DNA of 64,000 bases from an uncultured Gammaproteobacteria bacterium (GTDB lineage Bacteria; Patescibacteriota; Patescibacteriia; Patescibacteriales; UBA12075): the NCBI GenBank assembly GCA_964459725.1, contig CAYWNT010000007.1:7843-71842 (forward strand), given 5' to 3'. Shown here one piece after another: positions 10,083 through 17,682 of the stretch; position 1 is the stretch's first letter, and each line of letters begins with the position of its first letter. A program made the translations under genes and the position numbers. The notes under the pieces were generated by a model, which had not been told where the DNA came from, did not search any database, and was given only the letters and a program-made list of their open reading frames with translations.

Positions 10083-10436
10083 ATGTTTAGACCTGGTTTT
10101 AGTTTTTGTAAGATTTTTTCATTTAGTTTTTTGTTTTCCAATGTTTTTATGTTAACAATGGGAGTTAGCGCAGAACAAGCCTGGGCCTTGCCTATAACTA
10201 TAGACTATATGATTTATATGAACATGTTTTTTGTTTTTTGTTTGTATACCTTATATTGGCTTACTCATTCACATGAATCTGGGGGTCATCCTTTAAGTAT
10301 TTTTCTAAAGGCAACCTTATTTTCATTGAAAAGGTTTGTGCTACATCCGGTGTTGGGGTTATATTCCTTTTTTGACTTTGTTGCTTTTTCTTTCAGGGAG
10401 TTAAGGAATGATCCAAAAATGATCGAGCAAGAATAA
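10083..10436 (+). CDS. hypothetical membrane/secreted protein
   Basis: GAGGAG Shine-Dalgarno 7 nt before ATG 10083. Hydrophobic N-terminus and a second TM. The track ORF begins at TTG 10068. Confidence 0.5.
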   Translation: MFRPGFSFCKIFSFSFLFSNVFMLTMGVSAEQAWALPITIDYMIYMNMFFVFCLYTLYWLTHSHESGGHPLSIFLKATLFSLKRFVLHPVLGLYSFFDFVAFSFRELRNDPKMIEQE

Positions 10437-10470
10437 TTTTGATACAGAAAAGACTAAAGAGGAAGATGCA

Positions 10471-10977
10471 ATGATAGATTGTCAAAGAGTTATTCAAGAG
10501 ACTAGTGAGATAGTTGAGATTTTTTTAAGCCTCCAAGGTGTTGTAATTAGTTCTAATTATTATCGAGGAGGATATCTTAGTATTTTCAACCGTCAAACCG
10601 GAGAGTTGGAGCTAAAAATTCGTATTGGTGAGAAACTGTGGTCTGGAAATTGGTTGATTCATAGTCAATATTCTGAAGAGCAAGGCAAAAGACTTTGTGA
10701 AAACTGTGATAAATTCGGCCATTTTTCCAGCCATCAAAGCAGAGATTCAAACAAGGGAAAGCGAGGTGGAGCAATAGCAACAGAAAAATACATTTTTTCT
10801 TTTGCCGGTTTAGGAGAAGCACCCAGTGAGGGCATTGTTCTAGCTCTGGCAACAATACTGGGCTTTATTAAAATTCCTGAAGCCAGAGAAATCGCCAAGC
10901 TTAGTAACAACTTGGTTTTTGATGTCTTGTTGCAGATTAAACTAGACACCATGAATGTCAGAGTAGCAGTGCTCTAA
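10471..10977 (+). CDS. hypothetical protein
   Basis: 168 aa with a purine-rich SD. The C-terminal GGAIA..FSFAGLGEAPSEGIVLALA block is only weakly reminiscent of GlcG/DUF336-type domains. Confidence 0.55.
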   Translation: MIDCQRVIQETSEIVEIFLSLQGVVISSNYYRGGYLSIFNRQTGELELKIRIGEKLWSGNWLIHSQYSEEQGKRLCENCDKFGHFSSHQSRDSNKGKRGGAIATEKYIFSFAGLGEAPSEGIVLALATILGFIKIPEAREIAKLSNNLVFDVLLQIKLDTMNVRVAVL

Positions 10978-10995
10978 AAAAGATGGAGTACTTAT

Positions 10996-11031
10996 AACCT
11001 GCGGAAGCAAATGTCTTTCGCAGGTTTTTTA
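10996..11031 (+). terminator. intrinsic terminator
   Basis: Stem aacctgcg/cgcaggtt followed by a T-run. Confidence 0.7.
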
Positions 11032-11198
11032 TTGATAACACAACTAACAAAATGTTTATTTTAAAACTTTATACAACAATATTGATAAATTTATTATTGT
11101 AGTTGATTTTTGTCAATTTTTATGTTTAGATTAAATAGGTTCATTAAAAAATAATATTAGAGACAAATTTGGAAATAAATACAAGGAGGAGAATTGTT

Positions 11199-11720
11199 GT
11201 GCAGAAAAAAATTATGTTTGAACTTTTTGTTTTGGTTGTTATGTTATTTTCTGTTTTTTCAACTTATGTGCTAGCTGAAAAAAATAGAATTTGTGAAGTT
11301 GATCATAATATAGAAGAAATTAAAAACGAGTTTAGTACAAATTTTCAATTATTACAAAACTATATGATTAAAACAGATAATCTTGTTGATATGGTTTCTC
11401 AAAAAACAAACCTTTATTTTTTATTGTCTGCATTTTTTGATACCAAAAAATCATCTTTTGATTTTCAACAAATCAGAAAAGAAATCGATAAACATGCAGA
11501 TGATCTATCCTTGATTGTAGACGTAATGATTAGGGAATTAGACAGATTGAAACTCGTTTTAAACAAACAGGACAGCACAATTACTCCTATGGACAAAATG
11601 ACCGCCATGGAGCAATTTAACAAAAAGTTTGAAGCAATTAATAATGATCTTGCTTTTCATTTTTTATCCATGGGGAAAAAATACGAAAAATTAAAATCTT
11701 TAATACCTGAAAATTCTTAA
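11199..11720 (+). CDS. hypothetical N-terminally anchored coiled-coil protein (GTG start favoured)
   Basis: AAGGAGG lies 9 nt upstream of GTG 11199. One TM, then a helical region. The track ORF starts at TTG 11169. Confidence 0.55.
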   Translation: MQKKIMFELFVLVVMLFSVFSTYVLAEKNRICEVDHNIEEIKNEFSTNFQLLQNYMIKTDNLVDMVSQKTNLYFLLSAFFDTKKSSFDFQQIRKEIDKHADDLSLIVDVMIRELDRLKLVLNKQDSTITPMDKMTAMEQFNKKFEAINNDLAFHFLSMGKKYEKLKSLIPENS

Positions 11721-11751
11721 TTGAAATTGAATTAAGAATTGTAAAAAGCAA

Positions 11752-11780
11752 AGCCAGCCCTAAAAGGTTGGCTTTTTAAT
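11752..11780 (+). terminator. intrinsic terminator
   Basis: Stem agccagcc/ggttggct followed by a T-run. Confidence 0.65.
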
Positions 11781-11868
11781 TTTGTTTTTTTATTGACTTT
11801 TAGCAACAAAAGAGTTATATTATTATACCAAATAATAGTTCGTTGACAACTTAAAATAGGAGCAAAAT

Positions 11869-13866
11869 ATGAATGCTAATAATTTAAAGAGACTCGTTTT
11901 GCTTGTGTTTTTGATATTTGTTGTTTTTTTGCTTGGAAAGTGTATCCCGGAGAATAACAAGAACGACTTTGATATTTTCTATGGATTAACCGATCGAAGT
12001 TCATGGGCAGAATTAAGTCGTTATGCTTTTGAGAGCGGCCAAAATCTGGAGGAGGCAAAATCTACTAACTTAAAATGGGCCAATAATCTTTTTTTAAATT
12101 ATTTATTGATTGATGACTTCCAGATTGCAATGATCGACAGTAAAGACGAAGAAGCAGCGGAAGAATGTTTGAACGAAGAAAGTCCAATAATAATAATTTA
12201 TTTAGATACAACAAATGAGGCGAATGTAATTGAGGATGTTATTTTTAATGAATATTTTTATAAAAGTATCCAAGTAGTATTAGAGGTTTATGGAAAAAAA
12301 GGAATAATTTTTTATGAAGAATTAGGGACTATTATTCTCAATAAAAATGGTTCAAGTGTATGGAAAGCAGAGAGATATTCATTTGAAAAAGCAAAAGAAA
12401 TAATGAATTCGCCAGAGTTTATTGAAAAAATTGAATTTGAAAGCAATAAATACGGCTATAGCATTGATCAATTACGATCTTTTAAGTCAAATGTTTTATA
12501 TTTTGCTTCGGTGGTTGATTATATAATAAGTTTTTATGAGCATGATACGAATGAATTGCTTTTTAATACTTACTATAGCGAAATTGCCGAACCAGTTTAT
12601 AGAATATTAGATAAGTTGAAAATATTAAGTGCAAACTTGTATATATATCCTGAACTGGGAGCATCTATTTATGTTCAAGACCAAAAACAAATTAATTATA
12701 CAATGTTGCATTTTGCTAAAAACAGTGTTATTGCATTTCTAATTATTTTGATCTTGTTTTTGGTGTATCACATTGTTAATAGAGATCTTTGGTATTTTGT
12801 TGAGAAAGAACTTCACGACAATGGGCTTACGCTGACTAAAAAAAATGTCTTTAGACTTTTTCGTAGTAACTGGAGAATTATATTTTTTCCATATAGCAAA
12901 GATAAAATGATTGAGATTGCAAGATCTGAATGTCAAAAATTATTAGAAACCATTCAATTAAATAATATAATAGATGAGTCAAAAGATGCCTGGAGAAAGC
13001 TTGAGGAGTTATTGGCTGAGAATAAAAGTGAATTAGGTCATCTGGAGAAATACTACAACATTATCAACAAAAAGAGTGAACGTAATTTGAGTAGATTAAA
13101 AAATGCCTTATTGCAACTCTTGGCTGGAGTAAATAAATATTCTGCTAGAAGTGGCGAGAAAGTGCAAGAGTACAGAATTGAGACAGCAAGAGAGGCGCCG
13201 AAGAAAAGCAAAAAACGGCTTCCTCCCGTTGTTGAATCTAGAGAAAGATTGATGTCTTTGTTATCTGGTTATGAAATAGGAATATTTAATGATTGGAAAA
13301 AATCGGATTTGGATAATTTGTCTTTTGTTGTGCTGTATTTGCCAAAGGTTGATCCTGGGGCGATAAATTTATTACTGAACAGGGAGGACTTGTTGAGCCT
13401 GATAGATGAATCCAATATTTTTTTCAAGGCAGTAATGCTCAGAGATCGACAGATTATAAAAGAAGAACTTGGCATTAGTAAAAAAGTAAAAAAACAGGAA
13501 CTAGTCGAAAGTAGAGACGAAGCCGAGATAGAATATATCTTACCGGATGATTTGAAAGTTTTTGTTTTTGTTGGTAAGCGTCTTCTTCGAAAAAAAGAGG
13601 CGTTATGCAGGGCGATTCTTGAAATGGGTGCGAAGGAATGTGAATGGATCGATGCCTCAGAGATAAATGCCGTAAACGCAGCTATTAAGTCTAATTCTAG
13701 TGGCAATTGTTTGTACGTTACAACCATGTCACTTAAACATGGAGCGCTTTATTTACTTAGGAGTAAGAAGGTGAATATTATTACTACTAAGACTGTAGAT
13801 CCTGATCGGTTTAAACAAGAAGTTTATGAAGAGTACGGTAAAATAAGCAATGGAGGAATATTATGA
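11869..13866 (+). CDS. hypothetical two-TM protein: about 260-aa external domain, coiled-coil cytoplasmic region, C-terminal alpha/beta (DUF2325/SLOG-like?) domain
   Basis: 665 aa with AGGAG SD. TM1 about residues 8-24, TM2 about residues 285-305. C-terminal pattern: VFVFVG..GAKECEWID..CLYVTTMSLKHGALYLL..KVNIITTKT. Confidence 0.7.
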   Translation: MNANNLKRLVLLVFLIFVVFLLGKCIPENNKNDFDIFYGLTDRSSWAELSRYAFESGQNLEEAKSTNLKWANNLFLNYLLIDDFQIAMIDSKDEEAAEECLNEESPIIIIYLDTTNEANVIEDVIFNEYFYKSIQVVLEVYGKKGIIFYEELGTIILNKNGSSVWKAERYSFEKAKEIMNSPEFIEKIEFESNKYGYSIDQLRSFKSNVLYFASVVDYIISFYEHDTNELLFNTYYSEIAEPVYRILDKLKILSANLYIYPELGASIYVQDQKQINYTMLHFAKNSVIAFLIILILFLVYHIVNRDLWYFVEKELHDNGLTLTKKNVFRLFRSNWRIIFFPYSKDKMIEIARSECQKLLETIQLNNIIDESKDAWRKLEELLAENKSELGHLEKYYNIINKKSERNLSRLKNALLQLLAGVNKYSARSGEKVQEYRIETAREAPKKSKKRLPPVVESRERLMSLLSGYEIGIFNDWKKSDLDNLSFVVLYLPKVDPGAINLLLNREDLLSLIDESNIFFKAVMLRDRQIIKEELGISKKVKKQELVESRDEAEIEYILPDDLKVFVFVGKRLLRKKEALCRAILEMGAKECEWIDASEINAVNAAIKSNSSGNCLYVTTMSLKHGALYLLRSKKVNIITTKTVDPDRFKQEVYEEYGKISNGGIL

Positions 13867-14348
13867 ATAACTTAGGAGGTTCATTGGTAAATAGTATTGA
13901 GTATGGTGATGGAGAAATTACTCAGGGGCCAAGTGCCAGAATTCAAGACTTGAATTCTGTTGTGGAGATGTTGTGTCCACAAGGAGCGGAGTTTGTTGTG
14001 AATATCCAGGGACTGGGATTACCTTTTGATATCTCTGTGAGTTTTTCAGAGAATTTAGAAAAAATACTAGTAGGAGAGATAAGATTCAAGTCAGAAATGG
14101 AAGTTGTTCGAATTCCTTTTAAGGTGAGAGAGATCCACAGCCATCCTTATCTATTAACCGACGGTCTAGGAAAAACACAGGCCGAAGCTTTCTATGAAGC
14201 AACCGAAAGGCTGCAGTATAAAAACGCTCCATGTGCTATTACGCTTAAAACTGCTTATCCTTTTAGCGGGCAAAGCACATGTTTGAAGTTTTATGGGAAA
14301 AGCGGCGATAGTCTTCTGGTGTCATTATCTATGCATATGGAGTTGTGA
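13863..14348 (+). CDS. hypothetical protein, translationally coupled to the upstream gene (ATGA overlap)
   Basis: 161 aa. GGAGG SD lies inside the upstream gene. Start and stop overlap at 13863-13866. Confidence 0.65.
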   Translation: MNNLGGSLVNSIEYGDGEITQGPSARIQDLNSVVEMLCPQGAEFVVNIQGLGLPFDISVSFSENLEKILVGEIRFKSEMEVVRIPFKVREIHSHPYLLTDGLGKTQAEAFYEATERLQYKNAPCAITLKTAYPFSGQSTCLKFYGKSGDSLLVSLSMHMEL

Positions 14349-14373
14349 TTTTATAAAGGAGCAAAAAATAATT

Positions 14374-14589
14374 TTGGCGGGTTTGATGGTGTTTGGACTT
14401 GCTGCCTTTTTTGGCTATGGGATTTATGACATGGATAAAAAAGTTCATGAAAATAATCTGACCAATTTGAAAAAGGTACAAAAAAAGATTAAATTTTTCA
14501 AGACTATTAGCCTTCAAGAAGTTGCAGATATTGTTATGGCCGAACTAAAAAAGGAAGAAATTAAAAAATACTCCAGAGTGCTTAATTGA
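14374..14589 (+). CDS. small single-TM protein, paralog of 15311..15574 (start uncertain: TTG 14374, ATG 14386 or ATG 14293)
   Basis: AAGGAG at 14356-14361. TM LAGLMVFGLAAFFGYGIY. The C-terminal EVADIVMAELKKEE matches EVAEIYIDNLKKEE of the paralog. Confidence 0.5.
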   Translation: MAGLMVFGLAAFFGYGIYDMDKKVHENNLTNLKKVQKKIKFFKTISLQEVADIVMAELKKEEIKKYSRVLN

Positions 14590-14677
14590 CTTTTTTTGAT
14601 TTTATGATATTGAAATAAATAATTTTGCACATTATATAATTTGTATATAAGGTTATAATTTAAAAAGGGGAGACTAT

Positions 14678-15181
14678 ATGCGAACAGTAAAGCAGATAAT
14701 TAGACATGAGGAATTCAGGTCGATATATCCAAGAGAAGAGGACTGTGACTTTAGTCTGGAGGTGATTGATTTTGGTTTTAAGAAAAATATTTTTATTTCT
14801 TTCAAGTTCACTGGAGAAGATTTTGATAATTTGAAAATGTTTTTGAAAAAGGTATGCTATATTCTGAATAAGAACGGAAACAATGTGTTTTGTTCGTTTT
14901 TTCTTGAAGAGGATTTTCAAAAAAACGATTGGTCTCAAGAGAGTATATACGAGTACTGCGTAAATAGAATTGCTGAAAATGATATTTTTCTTGCAATTAT
15001 ACGGGGAGAGCATGAAAGTAAGGGGATGTTGCTTGAGCTAGAAGAAGCAGTAAGACAAAACAAGAAAATCATTCTTTTTATCAAGCAAGGCCTGGATCAC
15101 TATGAATTTCGTGATAAGTCAGATGAGGTTTATGAATATGACACCCAAGAGACCTTGGAAGAATTGTTAAAGGAAATTTGA
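14678..15181 (+). CDS. TIR-like (ThsB/DUF1863-like) / nucleoside 2-deoxyribosyltransferase-like flavodoxin-fold protein
   Basis: 167 aa with GGGGAG SD. NIFISFKFTGED (res 37-48) and NDIFLAIIRGEHESKGMLLELEEAVRQNKKIILFI (res 101-135) match the two signature blocks of this fold. E120 is the candidate catalytic Glu. Confidence 0.6.
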   Translation: MRTVKQIIRHEEFRSIYPREEDCDFSLEVIDFGFKKNIFISFKFTGEDFDNLKMFLKKVCYILNKNGNNVFCSFFLEEDFQKNDWSQESIYEYCVNRIAENDIFLAIIRGEHESKGMLLELEEAVRQNKKIILFIKQGLDHYEFRDKSDEVYEYDTQETLEELLKEI

Positions 15182-15310
15182 ATTATAAATTTGTTTTGTA
15201 GGATGATTGTTCATTTAAAAATTAAGAAAATAAATAAAATAGTTATGGTTGTTTCCATGGTGTTTCATTATTGTTATCTTAGAATATTGGACTTATAAAA
15301 GGAGCTTAGA

Positions 15311-15574
15311 ATGAAACAATCTATTAAGGAAAAATATTTCAAAAAAGAATTAGTTATAATATATTGCTTGTCGTTGGTGATAATTTATGTGTTCACAATG
15401 GTTTATTATGGAAAGAAAGCACATTTAAGAGAAGCGATTAATAAATTGGATCAGATTCAATCTGAAATTATTAAAACAGAAGCAATGGATCCTGGTGAGG
15501 TTGCAGAAATTTATATTGATAATTTGAAAAAAGAAGAACAAGAGCTAGTGGAAACACTTAAAAAATTAAAGTGA
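15311..15574 (+). CDS. small single-TM protein, paralog of 14374..14589
   Basis: 87 aa with AAGGAG SD. One TM helix, then a charged helical tail. Confidence 0.6.
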   Translation: MKQSIKEKYFKKELVIIYCLSLVIIYVFTMVYYGKKAHLREAINKLDQIQSEIIKTEAMDPGEVAEIYIDNLKKEEQELVETLKKLK

Positions 15575-15675
15575 TGATTGTGATTTGAAAGTTTTTTAAT
15601 TTAGAATAAATAATTGCTACTTATAATTTTACAAGAAGAAAGAGATGAGAAAGGTATTTTTATAAGGAGGGGAAT

Positions 15676-15834
15676 ATGGCAAAGGATATCGCTACAAGGA
15701 TAAGAAATTCGACTTACAAAATGGATTTGACTGAAATAAATCGAGAAATGGAAAAGTCGGTTGCAAGGTATAGGGCAATTGCCAAAAAGACAGAAAGAAA
15801 AGCGAGAAAATGTAAAGTTAAATTTGTTGTGTAG
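15676..15834 (+). CDS. small basic protein (52 aa), below the ORF-track cutoff
   Basis: AAGGAGGGG lies 6 nt upstream of the ATG. MAKDIATRIRNSTYKMDLTEINREMEKSVARYRAIAKKTERKARKCKVKFVV. Followed by a terminator-like hairpin. Confidence 0.5.
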   Translation: MAKDIATRIRNSTYKMDLTEINREMEKSVARYRAIAKKTERKARKCKVKFVV

Positions 15835-15869
15835 CAAAACGATTCATAACAATTTACGGCAAGAAACAA

Positions 15870-15904
15870 AACCTGCAACAGCAAAACAGTCGCAGGTTTT
15901 TTTA
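15870..15904 (+). terminator. probable intrinsic terminator
   Basis: Stem acctgc/gcaggt with a large loop, followed by a T-run. Confidence 0.5.
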
Positions 15905-15949
15905 TTATATAGATTATAATAGATAAATGTTTTGCAAAGTAGGTGTTAA

Positions 15950-16192
15950 TTATTGTGATTCATCCTTTTTTGTTTCTGAAAAGTCTTTATCCGAAGCTGT
16001 CCAGAAGACCCAAGCCCAAAATAGAAAAATAAGTCCAAATAATCTTTCCAGTCCATCAAATCGATAAACTGTGTCCCCGATACCTCTACCCATTTCACCA
16101 AAAATAAATATTTGAAGAGCACCTAGGGTGCATAGGAGAGAGAATAATTTAAGACCGTAATTTTGTAAGATAGCTTTAGTTTTTTTGTTCAT
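15950..16192 (-). CDS. small two-TM membrane protein
   Basis: 80 aa with two hydrophobic helices. Confidence 0.5.
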   Translation of the reverse strand: MNKKTKAILQNYGLKLFSLLCTLGALQIFIFGEMGRGIGDTVYRFDGLERLFGLIFLFWAWVFWTASDKDFSETKKDESQ

Positions 16193-16233
16193 AAGTTTTT
16201 ATTAAATGTTTGGGATGTGTTTTGGAGTATAAT

Positions 16234-16497
16234 TTAGTTTTTAATAATTTTTATCGGATGTCTGTATTTAATTAGGTTTATTTTTTTCTGCTTAGTCCAT
16301 CCTTTGATTTATTTTTCACGTTTCATAGCTTCTTCTTTGCTCTTATGATTTTCGTAATAAACAAGTTTTACGGGAAGTAGGTGAGAAGTAAATCTAACTT
16401 CACTTCTTTGATGTTGTTCTAATCTTCTTTTTAACTTATCAGTGAAACCTGTATAGAATAAATTATTTTTACAAAGTAGGATGTATACTTTATACAT
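16234..16497 (-). pseudogene. GIY-YIG nuclease-family (UPF0213-like) gene interrupted by an in-frame TAA at 16309-16311
   Basis: MYKVYILLCKNNLFYTGFTDKLKRRLEQH..EEAMKREK, then stop, then in the same frame IKGWTKQKKINLIKYRHPIKIIKN. Confidence 0.6.
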
Positions 16498-16539
16498 AGC
16501 AATTGAATTGTTGTTGTTATTTTATTATAACAAAAATCA

Positions 16540-16760
16540 GAGTTTTATGCTTGCACTGAGTTTATTGAACGTGCCTGTACTGAGCGAGGAGGTTTTTTAA
16601 CATTTTTTGCCCATTCGGCAAGCTCAGGGCCACTTCGATTCTTTGTTAATCTAAAATCAAAGTATTGTGCTTGCACAAGCCCTTCGGCAAGCTCAGGACC
16701 ACTTCGACTTCTATGTCAAAATAGCTAGTGCCTGCACTGAGCGAGGAGGGTGTTTAACGT
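16540..16760. repeat. cluster of dispersed direct repeats downstream of ssrA (module X 16571-16601 and 16728-16758; module Y 16614-16638 and 16683-16707)
   Basis: X is gtgcctgYactgagcgaggaggKtKtttaac. Y is ttcggcaagctcaggRccacttcga. tgcttgcac also occurs twice. Confidence 0.8.
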
Positions 16761-16785
16761 CAGTTAAATAACCGACGAGTCGAAG

Positions 16786-17170
16786 TGGAGATGGCGGGAG
16801 TTGAACCCGCGTGTAACAAGTTTTTATTAATACATTTACAAGAGTAGTTTAGTTTGTTGTTTCACTGCTTGCGTAAAAACTAAACAAAATCGCAAACAGC
16901 TAGTTTTCTAAGTTTAAATACAAAAGCGAAAACGAGTTTTGTATCGAACCTGATAATATTACACCCACGTCAGGTTATCAGGTCATCACCTGGGTGGATG
17001 GCTGTGGCTAATGTTAAGCTACAACTGGTGCAAAAGCAGGCATGCTGAAAGCAGCTTTTACTTTTGCGAAAGTGTTTTTTGCACTTATTATTTTGAGTAT
17101 GATTTGAGTGGTACTCACCCACTTCTTGAATATTAACAAAGAATACAAGTTATCGAATCCCTGCATCCCC
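16786..17170 (-). ncRNA. ssrA: tmRNA (ssrA), one-piece
   Basis: 5' GGGGATGCAGGGATTCGA and 3' GCGGGTTCAACTCCCGCCATCTCCA tRNA-like ends. Candidate tag ORF 17082..17014: AKNTFAKVKAAFSMPAFAPVVA then stop. Lies directly downstream of smpB. Confidence 0.85.
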
Positions 17171-17172
17171 GT

Positions 17173-17643
17173 TTATCTATTTAGCTTTGTTAAAGTACGT
17201 ATCTTCCTATCTACATCTTTTTTCTTCAAGTCTTCTCTCTTGTCATATTTCTTCTTTCCTCTTCCAATACCAAATTCCAGCTTGATTAAGCCCCGTTTAG
17301 TATAGACTTTAATTGGTACCAGTGTCAAGCCTTGTTCTTTCTTTTTTCCGATCAATTTTTCTATTTGTTTTTTGTGTAATAGTAATTTTCTGGATCTTTC
17401 TGGGTCATGGTTTTCTACCGTACTGGCTTTTTTATATAGCGGAATATGGGCGTTGATTAGAAACAGTTCTGGTAGCTTTCCTTTTGTGGTTGATTGTTTA
17501 ATAGTAACAAAAGCGCCCTTCAAACTGATATGTTTTGTTTTGATTGATTTTACTTCATGCCCAAGCAAAACCAACCCAGCTTCGAACTTGTCGCTGATTT
17601 CATAATCAAAATTCGCTTTTTTGTTTACGGCTAATGTTGGCAT
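17173..17643 (-). CDS. smpB: SsrA-binding protein SmpB
   Basis: 156 aa. N-terminal ..NKKANFDYEI..EAGLVLLGHEVKSIK.. and a basic C-terminal tail. Confidence 0.93.
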   Translation of the reverse strand: MPTLAVNKKANFDYEISDKFEAGLVLLGHEVKSIKTKHISLKGAFVTIKQSTTKGKLPELFLINAHIPLYKKASTVENHDPERSRKLLLHKKQIEKLIGKKKEQGLTLVPIKVYTKRGLIKLEFGIGRGKKKYDKREDLKKKDVDRKIRTLTKLNR

Positions 17644-17682
17644 ATGTTATAATATAGATATTATTTACTAATTTGTCAAAGC

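Noticed and set aside
13860-13866. Alternative genetic code (UGA recoded, as in some CPR lineages).
   Set aside because: TGA terminates normal-length genes (for example the 665-aa ORF at 13864-13866). Conserved genes such as copA, ftsK, glyA and ruvB are full-length under the standard code.
14660-15013. Minus-strand ORFs 14660..15013 and 14808..14996.
   Set aside because: They are antisense to the TIR-like gene, which has an SD, a sensible domain pattern and matches the direction of the surrounding operon.
15601-15837. 78-aa minus-strand ORF.
   Set aside because: It has no SD and a Cys/Phe-rich odd composition. The opposite strand carries a 52-aa ORF with a strong AAGGAGGGG SD and a downstream terminator, which is the better call.
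16540-16760. Possible CRISPR array.
   Set aside because: There are only two copies each of two different modules, with irregular spacing and swapped order, and no cas genes. Nothing elsewhere in the window has regular repeat-spacer periodicity either.
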